From positions 1,054,001 to 1,118,000 of the forward strand of contig MU008160.1 of the NCBI GenBank assembly GCA_010909165.1: a DNA stretch of 64,000 bases, written 5' to 3'. Position 1 is the stretch's first letter, and every line of letters begins with the position of its first letter. This DNA comes from Anthoceros angustus (taxonomy: Eukaryota > Plantae > Anthocerotophyta). The notes beneath the pieces are model-generated. The model searched no databases and had not been told where the DNA came from. It worked only from the letters and a program-made list of their open reading frames with translations. A program made the translations under genes and the position numbers. This document shows positions 10,877-21,938 of the stretch, piece after piece.

Positions 10877-12748
10877 CTAGCCAGTGCGGTCACCAGCAGC
10901 AGGATAGGGCCTGAAGCGGGCATCAGGACCTCGCTGTGTCTGCCTGCCTGCCACTCCATAGCCTCCCCCATAGCCAGCCGACCCGTTCACAGTTGCATCA
11001 GCTCCCGATCCACCCCCCATGCTATAGCCTCCACTAGCCGCACCACCTGAGCCCGCAGGTGCTGAACTGTACGAATCGGTTGCCCCGGATCTCCATGTGG
11101 AATCAGCGTACCCCGTGCTCCCGTACATATCCGCATACCCCCCTGCATAACTGCCACTACCTGCACCCCCACCTCCTGAGCTTCCATAACCTCCAGCACT
11201 ACTTCCATACCCACTACCTCTAGCTCCATAGCCAGCAGCATTGGACCCGTACCCGCTGTCTGCACTACTGTAATAGCCTGCACTACCGCCGTAGCCAGCA
11301 CTGCTACCAGTGGCTTGGCCAGTGCCAGCACCACCTGATCCCCAAGCTCCTGCATTTCCATACCCACTCATGCTCCCCTCCACTACCCCCTGTAGCCAGT
11401 AGAGCTTCCTCCACCCCCATACCCAGCACCTCCACTGCCCCACGCATTTCTACCCCCAACAGGTGCAGACCTGTACCCCCACTCCCAGCACCACCGCTCC
11501 CATACCCTCCAGCCCCCACCGTAGCCTCCTCCGCCAGGAGCACTCCCGTAGCTGCCGCCCCCACCACTGCCGTAGCCTGCACTACCATACCCAGCACTAC
11601 CATAGCCGGCACTGCTCCCGTACCCTCCATTCATGCCAGCCCCATACGCTGCACTGCTGCCGTAGCCAGCCGTGCCGTAGCTTCCTCCTCCATACGCCCT
11701 GTACCCGCCCCTGGCCCCAGGGCAGGCCCGTACCTATTGTCAGCCCGAGCACCATACCCACCCGGACTGGAGCTGTACCCCTGGCCGTAGCCACTGCCAT
11801 AGCTCCCTCCCCGCCCGCTAGCCCCTCCTCCGAAGCCGCCACTGCTCCGCCCAGTCCCAGCAGACAGCTCCTTTGGGATGGCCCGCTTCACCTCCACCAT
11901 CTTCTCGTTGAGCTCGTGGAAGGACTTCTGAAGCACGTTCTCCACCGCATCCTCCGAATCGAAGGTGATGAATCCGAAGCCCCGGGGTCTTTGAGTCGTG
12001 TGGTCATACATCACAACCACATCGGTTATTGTTCCAAACTGCTCGAAATACTTTTTGAAATCCTCTTCTGTGACAGTTGAAGCTAAGCCACCCACGAAAA
12101 TCTTCTTTGTCCTAGTATGACTCGCTGGACCAGGGCCACCGCTGTTGCTCCTAGGCACATTCTGCTGCTCATCCCTCGGAACGGCTTTTTTCGCTTCCAC
12201 CTAAATAAATTAAGACACAGCTACACTAGTTATAACATGGGACGCCCAGACTCCGACGACCGACCGATGGTCCCACGACCTCCACTCAAGACCCACTCCC
12301 TCAACTCACTCCGACCGCACCGCACCGCACCGGACCGGTCGCTTACCTTACCTCGCCTTCTCCTGCCTTCCGTTACCTTACCCTTACCTTTCTTCCTCCC
12401 ACCGCCTCGGTTAGTCAGTCGCGACCTAGCACGGGACAGAACGCGACGGAACGGGACGCGACACTACGGCACGGGACCAGACCAGACTCGCTACACAAGG
12501 GAGGAGAGGGGAACTCGGGAGCCTACCGTACGGCCGTCGATGGTGTGCTTCTCGGTGACGACGCGATCAGCCACGGTGGGGTCGGAGAAGATGACGAATC
12601 CGAAGCCGCGAGCCCTGCCGGTGGCGCGGTCCTTCATGATCACGGTCTCGGCCACATCGCCATACGTCTTGAAGTAGTCACGGAGCTTCTCCTCCGTGGT
12701 CTCCCACGAGATGCCGCCGATGAAGAGCTTGCCCTGGTCCGAGTCCAT
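10877..12748 (-). CDS. hnRNP A/B / Musashi-like protein with two RRMs and a Gly/Tyr-rich low-complexity tail; exon 1 12748-12527, exon 2 from 12200; apparent frameshifts in the tail
   Basis: MDSDQGKLFIGGISW...RGFGFV (RRM1); KKIFVGGL...RGFGFITF (RRM2); GYG repeats; C-terminal RFRPY (PY-NLS-like). The tail is split across several ORF frames in GC-rich runs. Confidence 0.9.
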
Positions 12749-13898
12749 TCCTCCCTGCAGACCAGACCTGCAAGAAGCCCCCTCCGAGCTGCGGACTCCC
12801 GAGCTGCACACCACTCAACCCCGTGACCCAGGCCACAGATCGGCTCACTCCACGCCCATGGCTGCCGCAGGCCGGCAAGATCTGGATCCGCCCCGCCTCG
12901 CCTGCTGCTCCTTCCGCAAGAAGCCAAACCCCAGCCTCGATCGCCCTACGCGGATCAAACCCCAACAGGGCCCTTGAAGCCACAGCCGCGCCGCCCTACC
13001 ACGGCCCAGCTGCGCCCGTCTAGATCTACCGCCTACGCCTACGAGCGGGGGCCTCGCGGGCCGGTGGCAGGCAGCCGCCGCGGGAGATGGCGCAGCGGGG
13101 CCTGCGAAAGGAGAGGAGGAAGAAGAAAGGAGGGAAGGACGTCCGGGGAGGAAAAAGAGAGAGGCATCGGGAGAGAAGAAGGGAAGAGAAGGAATGAGGG
13201 CAGCGGGTAGCCCACAGCCCCAGGGGACAGCAGCCCAGGCCCGAGCCAGGCCAGGCCAGGCCAGGCCAGCCAGAGAGAGAAAGAGAAAAGGGGAGACACT
13301 CTGGAGGCTCCGGGCCGGGGCCCCGGGTTTTTTACTTCCGACGGCCTCGATGGGCCTCCAACTCTATCTCACGGTCACCCTCTGCGCCTGCGATCGCATC
13401 ATCTGCACATGCGCATCCCCCCTGACGTCACTTTTGATTCATTTTCCACTTGCCCTTTCTGTCATTCCCAACATTTGCCCCCGGCTATTTCGGCTCCGTG
13501 TCTCCACACCCCACCCCTCTTCCTCTCGCCCTCCTTTTTCTTTTTCAGTCTTGAATTCTCTTAATCCTATAATAACCATAATAACCGAGGTGGTGCGGGG
13601 TCCATTTTTCCCATAATTCATACAGATTGATTCTTTCATTTTTCACTTCCATACCATAACTTTAAGAAAATGAGCTCAGCCTCCTGCATTTACAGACTTT
13701 CCTAGATTTCAACTTGCATTCGAAGAGGAAAAGAAGATTTTATTTTAAAAAAGAGATAGAAAAAACCCATCCACCCCAAAAACAAAGGGGGAAAAACCCA
13801 AGGACGGTACCAAGGGGACTAGCCCTCACCATCACGCATTTCAAAAGTACCAACTGCCCGAAGAACTTCGTGCTCAGGGATGTGAAAAGACCTACTTA

Positions 13899-16800
13899 TG
13901 TCACGTACAAGGTTTTGTTTCCAGGTCCAGTTTCCGTTCATGGACTCGGGTACCTTGTCTTCGTGAATGAGCCTTCAGGAATGGCTGTTCCTTTCCTCTT
14001 CGTCGTCCGTTTTATACAAGCAATGTAGTTGCGGTCTCGTTTCAAGATCCCCGTTTAACCACTCTAACAGTATCTGGCACGTTTTCGGAACGTGCCTCCA
14101 GCTTATATAACTGTATATCTACTATTTATCCTACTAGTTAATCAGGTATTTACTATATATAATTATTGTCTACGGTATATTACTGGATTAGGTATTTCGT
14201 AAACGGGAAGGAAACGGGTTGTTGCCGTCTCTATGTCGGCCGGCGTCCGCAAGCCGGGCTCCTGCTTGGTTGAGCTTTCTTCACTGATCTCCGTCTCTGC
14301 ACGAGCGGGTTGGCTCCTACAGATCGTAATATTCTCCCCCACTGCAAGAGGCCTGGTCCCCCAGGCTCTCAAGCTGCTGTCGGAGGTGAGGGAATTGGTG
14401 GCATAAATCTTCAGGCTCCCAAGGGGCTGAAGAATCGGGCTCCTGGCTCCACCCAACAAGGTAATCGCGGACAGTCCTATTTCTCAGCTGACGGATGCGT
14501 ACCTGGAGGATTCTGTCCGGTTGGGAAAGAGGTGCAAGGAGAGGGTGTCGTGGGTGGCGTGTAAGCCTCTATGTCGATGGAGCGGACGCCGTTGGTGTTG
14601 TGGGTTGGCTTGGTGTAGGACTCAAGTTGGAGAGTGAAGAAGGGCGCTGAATGACTGGCTTGAGCATGCTCACGTGAAAGGTCCGGCACATGCGGCAATC
14701 TGCTGGGAGCTCAAGTCGATAGGCGACTTCGTTGACTTTGCTCAACACTCCGAAAGGTCCTGCAAAACGGTAGGCCAATTTGTGGTTTTGTTGTACCAAT
14801 GATGGATACCTGTGAGGTCGGATGGCGCCATACGAGTTGTCCCACATCGTAGGAGATGTTTCGATTGTGTTTGTTGCTGGACTTCCTTGCACGGTCTTGT
14901 GCTGATAACAGGTTATGCTTCGCTTGTCGTATTTCATGCCAGATGTCTTCAGCGGCTTCAGCTGCACTTCGCCATCGATCATCACTGGCTGGCCACAACC
15001 CTGGCGGTGGTGGGTTTGCTCCATATAACAGCTTAAAGGGAGAGGTGCCTGTAGCTGCATGCTTAGAGGTGTTGTATGCATATTCCAGCAGTAACATCTC
15101 TTCCCACTTGCCTTGATTGTCTTGTGCATAGCGCCGTAGCATGTCTTCCAAGACTTGTATCTGCCTCTCTGTCTGACCATCTGACTCGAGGTGGCATGTG
15201 GTCGACATACTTTGCTTGATGCCCAGAGTTTCGGTGAATGACTTCCAGAACCCTGATGTGAACTTAGGATCCCGATCTGAAACGATGTCTTGTGGGCAGC
15301 CATGCAGTCTGAAAATTTCCCTAGTGAATATTCTTGCCAGCTTTTGAGCTGTGACACTGGTGTTCACTGGGATGAAATGGCAACACTTGATGAGTCAATC
15401 CATGACGACCCATATGCTGTCCTTGCCGGATTTGGTGCGGGGGAGTGCAGTAACAAAGTCCATAGATATGGACTGGAACCTCCCGTCTGGTACCTGCAGA
15501 GGTACCAGCAAGCCTGGTGTTTTCTGATGTTCTGGCTTTGCTTGCTGGCAGGATACACAGCTCCGGACCCACTGGATGCAATCATGGCAAATCCCTTCCC
15601 AATGAAAATGTGTCTTCGCACGGGCATACGTCTTATCAATTCCCAAGTGACCAGAGATCGGTGAATCATGAAGATCATGTAAAATATTGCGCTGAATCTC
15701 CTTGAGTTGCTGAGGAATCACCAATCTACCCTTCCGGTACACACAGGCATCCTTGAGCTGGTAGGTCTGCATCAGCGCTGTTGGAATTCCGGCCATGGCA
15801 TCCTGTTCTAACTGCTGGTAAATTTGATGTAGGTGTGGATCGTTTGGAATAGCAGCACGGACTGCCCTGATAGTATCCAATTGTGAGCACATCAAGGTGA
15901 GTGCTCTCCTGCTGAGGGCATCTGCCACTGAATTCGAGGACCCCACCACATACTTGATCTCAAAATTGAAATCAGCGAGGTACTCCGACCATCTCCTCTG
16001 TCTTGCATTTAAATTCTGCTGGGTAAAGAAATGCTAGAGAGAGTAGTGGTCAATGTGGACAACAAATTTCTGACCAAGGAGGTAATGCCGCCATACCTTG
16101 AGTGCATGTACGATGGCAAGCATCTCCTTGTCATGGACCGCATAGTTGACTTGTGCACCTTGGAGTTTGTGTGACTCGTAGGCAATGACTCTGCCTTCTT
16201 GTGACAGCACCGCTCCAGACAATAATTATATATAGTAAATACCTGATTTACTTGTAGGATAAATAGTAGATATACAATTATATAGGCTGGAGGCACGTTC
16301 CGAAAACGTGCCAGATACTGTTAGAGTGGTTAAACGGGGATCTTGAAACGAGACCGCAACTACATTGCTTATATAAAACGGACGACGAAGAGGAAAGGAA
16401 CAGGCATTCCTGAGGCTCATTCACGAAGACAAGGTATCCGAGTCCATGAACGGAAACTGGACCTGGAAACAGAGGTGGACGAGTCATTGAAGAAGCTGGT
16501 TGTGGAGCTACTTCCAGGCGAGAAGGAGGATAAAGACATCAAGTCACTTGCACGTCGACTCCAGTTAATGAGGTATGAGAACTGGGAGAAGAACAAAGCC
16601 AAGATGGAGTCAAGTTTACTAGAAAGAGAGGAGCAACATTTCAAACCCAGAACTCATCTCAACAAGGAGCTTCAAAGGAAGATCAAGACGACTACCTTTG
16701 ATGGGGCTGCCAGAGATGCTCAAGGGGTGTACGACTGGTTAGACAAGATGGAGAAATACCTGATTTCCAGCGAGAAACGTTCTGGATTTCATCATATAAG

Positions 16801-17545
16801 GATCAAGGAAGGGGATGAATTCAAGACCGCTTTCCGCACCCGTCATGGCCACTATGAATTTGTTGTGATGTCTTTCGGCCTCACCAACGCACCAGCAACC
16901 TTTCAGTGCTTGATGCAAGAAATCCTCAGGGCATTATTAGGCCAAGGAGTTGAAGTGTTCCTAGACGACATCTTGATCCATTCTGCAAACTAAGCGACCC
17001 ACATTCGGCTGGTTAGAGAAGTGATGTTGCTCTTGAGAAAGCATCACTGCTAGCTAAGAGGAGTAAATGTACCTTTATACGCACTGAGGTGGAGTATTTA
17101 GGCCACATAGTGTCAGCTGACGGAATTAGCATGGACCCACGCAAGGTCAAAGCCGTCACAGAATGGCAATTGCCCACAGACATCACTCAACTCCGCGGGT
17201 TTCTAGGACTAGCTGGATTTTACAGGAGGTTTATCCAGGGGTATAGCAAAATCGCCCTGCCATTGACTGATGCTCTCAAGCAGTCCACCAGCAAAGCATT
17301 CCAACTCGATGCTGCTGCTGGCCAAGCCTTCTCCCAGCTGAAACAGGCTATGAGCTCTGGACCAGTCCTGGCAGTTGCTGATCCCAAGGGCTCCTACACA
17401 ATCCACACAGATGCTTCAGACTTGGTATATTATTGGATTAGGTATTTCGTAAACGGGAAGGAAACGAGTTGTTGCCATCTCTATGTCGGCCGGTTCTTGG
17501 CGTCCATGGCCAAGCTCTGAGTTGAGCTTTCTTCACGTCTCTCTG
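13899..17545 (-). mobile_element. Degenerate Ty3/Gypsy LTR retrotransposon with internal deletions and a ~1.2-kb internal inversion
   Basis: LTR 13899-~14331 (TGTCAC start) followed by PPT complement ttctccccc. Minus strand: integrase (HDSPISGHLG..C..CQ, SMDFV, SDRD, GPF module) 14570-15950 and RNase H to 16216. Plus strand: gag/RT (FKTAFRT..GHYEF, FLDDILI, LRGFLGLAGFYRRF) 16470-17420. Split second LTR at 16217-16471 (inverted) and 17424-~17545. Confidence 0.9.
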
Positions 17546-18309
17546 CGCATTGAAGGTAACTTTGGAAGAATCAAACATCATTGAATATGAAGATTTGTCC
17601 TTTGAATTAGAGGGAGATGCTGCTATACTTAAGACTGAGAATTGGGAGATAGAAGCCATAGTTGATGAGTCGTTGGTTCAAATGGCTTTGTGCTCCGTTT
17701 CTTCCAAAAGTGGTAAGCTAAGAAGACTCACACCTGGTCATAATAGAGCACTTTAGTAATGGATTGGCTAGTTGCACCACTAGACATGCTTTTCTTCCAC
17801 GCAAGCTCCCTTCCACTCCGGGGGCGGTTGTGGCATTCCCTCCCTTGAGAAACTCTGTGCTTCCAGCCATCTTCCTACACCAACTCGGTGGAAGATTCTA
17901 CATTTCTAAATAAATGTCCTCTACTACTATGGAAATATAATAGATATGAAGAAATACACAACTCCATAATCTTGACTTCCCCAATATACACTTGTTCCTT
18001 GTGGAAACAATTTTCTATGTCGTCTCTGTATGTTCGAAAACCCATACTCTGATTTTTGCATGTTATGACATTCCCATACTCTTACTTTTGCATGTTATCA
18101 CAAAACTTACTATAACAAATTAATAATATAAAATAATCTCTATATATTATTCGTGTGAAAATAGCCCAGAAACGGCCATTGGTTCTAGAGTTAACATACA
18201 CTTGAGTAGGTTGATAAGAACGCTTCAAATAAAATAAATAAAATTTAGCTAATAAAAAATAAATAACTTTGGAAAAGAGGCTCAAAAGTGTCTATCTATT
18301 ATCCTTGAG

Positions 18310-19710
18310 GCCTAAACCTTTGCATTAAGAAGAAAGACGCCTCCTCACCGTACCGCTTGTGTGGCACAAAACCCCATTGCACATTCCATGCACTTTGCGG
18401 CCGGCATGTCTCTCTTCCCTCTCAGCGACCAACCCTCTGGCAAACGAACTCTCTCTTCTCCATCCATAGAGTTGCAGCAATGGGCTCTCTCTTCACCGAC
18501 CACAATTCTCAATGCCTATGTCTTGTCCCACGCTGATGTCTTGCCCAACGCCTATGTGTTTATAGAAAAGAGCAGAGACTTTTTAGATATGAAGAATCCA
18601 TTAAAGGGCCCAAGGCCAAGGAAGACTAGTCCCCAAGATGTCGTAGTTTGGAATAAGAAAGGGTCTACTTGCCAAGGGAGTCGAAAATACTGCGTCTCCT
18701 GCATTTGAGGTTATCCTCAAACTTGCATTTGCATTGCCCTTTGCAGCGCAATGGAGAGACGTTGCCGAAAGAAAGCTACCACATAGGAAAAGGGGAGATC
18801 TACCTCATTCTTACTGATGTGGTAGGCCTTAGCAACACCTTTGATAAACTTCAAAAAATCTTTGCCCATGGCCCTATGAGTTTCGATAACAAGAGGAATG
18901 AACACATGGCCTCTTGCATGGGGTGTACTTGTGAGCCTTGGTTGTCACACATCTCTATGTCCCGAGCCCGGAGGGTTGATGATGATATACTCTTTGACAG
19001 TGTTCCGAGTAGGATTTGTTACAACCACTGCAATATATAGACTCGGTACCTGTGATAAAAATAAATCAACCCTGAAACACGCCGTTGAGCAATGTGCATG
19101 GGCACTTTGTGAAAGGAAAAGAATCCGCTCTCTTTTAGCCATTAACAACATTACATCTCGAACATCATAACATCTTGCACATCATATGTTGCAATACGCT
19201 GCCCGCCGGGACAACGATGGGTTCCAGCATCCTAGTGGACCCCACCGCTGCATGGATGTGCTCATTAGGGTTTACAAGTGTCATAGCTCGACGCCTTATG
19301 TCGAGCATATGTCCTGCTTGATGCCTCTCTTTATCAGGAATTGCAAGTGTCATAGCTCGACGCTTTCGTCTTGTTCGACGCCTATGTCCTCCTCGACGCC
19401 ATGTCCATATTTGCAAGTGTCATAGCTCGTTCACAAGAGACATCCAAGCTCATGCCTGAGCTCTTACCCGTCATGTGAACTGAACGGCTTGTAATGCGGA
19501 TTAGGTTTGAAACGTTCACTTCCCCAATTACGAACTAGAACACGGGATGGTGAGCACTGTGGACGGCGAAGAGAGTCGCTTGCCGGAGGGTTGGTCGCCG
19601 GGGAGGGAGAGAGGCATGCCGGCCGCGGAGTGCATGGGATGTGCATCGGGGTTCGTGCCACACGAGCGGCACGGTGAGCAGGCGCTTTTACTTCCTGATG
19701 AGGTTTAGGC
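18310..19710. mobile_element. Element bounded by diverged ~160-bp inverted repeats (18310-~18472 and ~19553-19710), MULE/foldback-like
   Basis: Reverse complement of 18336-18470 aligns with 19560-19686 (gagggttggtcgc...catgccggccgc..agtgcatgg.atgtgca...gtgccacac.agcgg.acggtgag). Both outer ends carry gcctaaacct. Confidence 0.65.
18717..19080 (-). mobile_element. Remnant restriction-like endonuclease domain of an RLE-type (CRE/R2-like) non-LTR retrotransposon
   Basis: RVDLFL...VVVTNP...IIINPPGS, then FIPLVIETHRAMGKDFLKFIK...FFRQRLSIALQRA, a typical RLE C-terminal pattern. Related copy at 32162-32530. Confidence 0.55.
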
Positions 19711-20190
19711 GACGAGACCTATTATTTTCTCAATTCCCAGCGCATATGCGAACGCCATCCTGTACGTTTTGGTTGCAAACGAATGCGGTGACCGCATTCA
19801 GGTTTGAAATTGCAATGTGGAAATGGTCTTAGTCGATGGCTGCTTGTTTCGCACTGTAGCATAAAACGTCCGCGATCCCACCTCGGGTTTCCGCAGCTGC
19901 CGTCATCACCTGAACCAAATTCCTGGTAAAGGCAACTATCCACCAGGTACAAGTGGCAAGCTGAGCCTCTGAAATACTCCAGGGCACCTGCATTGTTGCC
20001 AAACTCACAGGCACCACACACTGCTGCTTTGATGAAAAGTAGAAACCCTGATCAGAGTCCCAAGCCCTAATCTCCCTGCGTGATCGATCATTTTCCACCC
20101 GAAATTATCCAAGGAAGGCATCAGGATTTTTGCGGGAGAGAGTTGAGGATTCGTGCTATCGGGTGATGGTGTGGGAACGGGGAAGGCTGC

Positions 20191-21810
20191 ATGGGAAGCA
20201 AGGCCTGGCCTATGGCCTGCCATCGTCTTTGCTGCTTACCTCCCCCGCTGTTATCCTCCAGGTACCTCATTGCCGTCCTGGCCTCCAAGCATCGGGCCAT
20301 TTTGCTGCCCTGCCGCTTGCATCAGGGGGCGAGTGAACCGCATGCCGGCGCGAATTGCTACTTGCATTTCGGCACATCCTTGTCCAGGTTTCCAGTTGCC
20401 GGGAGTCCATGCTTCCGGCATCAGGTGAGAGGATGCAGAGCCGCTGCGCTCTCCGGGGAGCTGGTGGCGCAAGGGACTGGTGCAGCTGTCGCCGTTGCGC
20501 CGGGGAACGTGATCGACATTCTGGAGCAGCGAGGCCTCGTCGAGTCCGTCACGGGAGAGGCGCTCAGGGCCGCTTGCTCCACGCCGCAGACGGCTCCGCT
20601 GAAGGTGTACGCCGGGTTTGATCCGACAGCGGAGAGCCTGCATCTAGGGAACTTGTTAGGGATCATCGTGCTGTCGTGGTTCCAGAGATGCGGTCACGTT
20701 CCCGTGGCTGTTCTGGGAGGCGCGACGGGCCGGGTGGGGGATCCGTCGGGAAAGAGCGCTGAGAGGCCGGTGCTGTCGGATGAAGCCATTTACCGGAACT
20801 CCAAGGGCATACAGGAGGTGATAGCTCGCATTTTGAGACTAGATGGATTTGCGCCGGAAAATGGAGACACCAGGCTGCACACTCCGCTGGTGTTCAACAA
20901 TTACGACTGGTGGAAGGACTTCAGCATGCTGGACTTCATGCGGGATGTCGGCAAGTATGCCAGGGTCGGCACCATGATGGCCAAGGAGAGTGTGAAGAAG
21001 AGGCTGCAATCCGAGGATGGGATGAGCTTCACCGAGTTCTCGTATCAGCTTCTTCAAGGCTATGACTTTGTGCATCTGTTCCGGGAGGAGGGAGTGGCTG
21101 TGCAGATCGGCGGCAGCGATCAGTGGGGAAATATCACGGCCGGGACAGACCTCATCAGAAAGATTCTGCAACAGGAGGGAGCGTTCGGGCTTACTCATCC
21201 TCTGCTGGTAAAGAGCGACGGGACCAAGTTCGGGAAATCGGAGGGGGGCGCAGTCTGGCTTGCTCCGGCCTTGCTCTCCCCCTACAAATTCTACCAGCAT
21301 CTGTTTGCTACACCGGACTCGGACGTGATCAAGTTCCTCAAGATGCTCACATTCCTGAGCTTGGAGGAAATCGGGGCGCTGGAGGCGGGCATGGGCAGGC
21401 CTGATTATATTCCCAACACGGCACAGACCAGACTTGCAGAGGAGGTGACTCGATTTGTGCACGGAGAGGGTGGACTGGAGGAAGCCATCAGGGCCACAAA
21501 CGCCTTGGCCCCGGGGGCAGCCACGAGACTGGATTCCCACGCTCTGGAGGCTATTTCCGAAGATGTGCCGTCCTGCTCTGTGTCACGGGACTCTGTCTTA
21601 GGCAAGCCCCTGGTAGATGTGTGCGCCAGCTCCGGTCTGGTGCCAAGCAAAGGTGCGGTTCGTCGCCTCATCAAGCAGGGTGGCCTTTATTTAAACAACG
21701 AAAAGGTAGAGGATGAAGGCAAGGTAGTAGAGTCCCCAGACATAATAGACGGAAGGCTGTTCCTACTATCAGCAGGCAAAAAGAACAAATTATTGATTAG
21801 GGTTGCCTAA
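20191..21810 (+). CDS. Tyrosyl-tRNA synthetase, organellar (bacterial-type), intronless, 539 aa
   Basis: YAGFDPTAESLHLGN (HIGH), QIGGSDQWGNI, KFGKS (KMSKS), C-terminal S4 domain, N-terminal targeting extension. Confidence 0.96.
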   Translation: MGSKAWPMACHRLCCLPPPLLSSRYLIAVLASKHRAILLPCRLHQGASEPHAGANCYLHFGTSLSRFPVAGSPCFRHQVRGCRAAALSGELVAQGTGAAVAVAPGNVIDILEQRGLVESVTGEALRAACSTPQTAPLKVYAGFDPTAESLHLGNLLGIIVLSWFQRCGHVPVAVLGGATGRVGDPSGKSAERPVLSDEAIYRNSKGIQEVIARILRLDGFAPENGDTRLHTPLVFNNYDWWKDFSMLDFMRDVGKYARVGTMMAKESVKKRLQSEDGMSFTEFSYQLLQGYDFVHLFREEGVAVQIGGSDQWGNITAGTDLIRKILQQEGAFGLTHPLLVKSDGTKFGKSEGGAVWLAPALLSPYKFYQHLFATPDSDVIKFLKMLTFLSLEEIGALEAGMGRPDYIPNTAQTRLAEEVTRFVHGEGGLEEAIRATNALAPGAATRLDSHALEAISEDVPSCSVSRDSVLGKPLVDVCASSGLVPSKGAVRRLIKQGGLYLNNEKVEDEGKVVESPDIIDGRLFLLSAGKKNKLLIRVA

Positions 21811-21938
21811 GCTTCTGGCGTCAATCGAATGTGCCAATCCATCAGCTGGAATTAATATTCTCATTTGGTCCAGTGCTACATGCATGGTACGGGCAATCCC
21901 CAATTGGAAGACTTGGAGTGGTCGCTTCAATCAGATGT

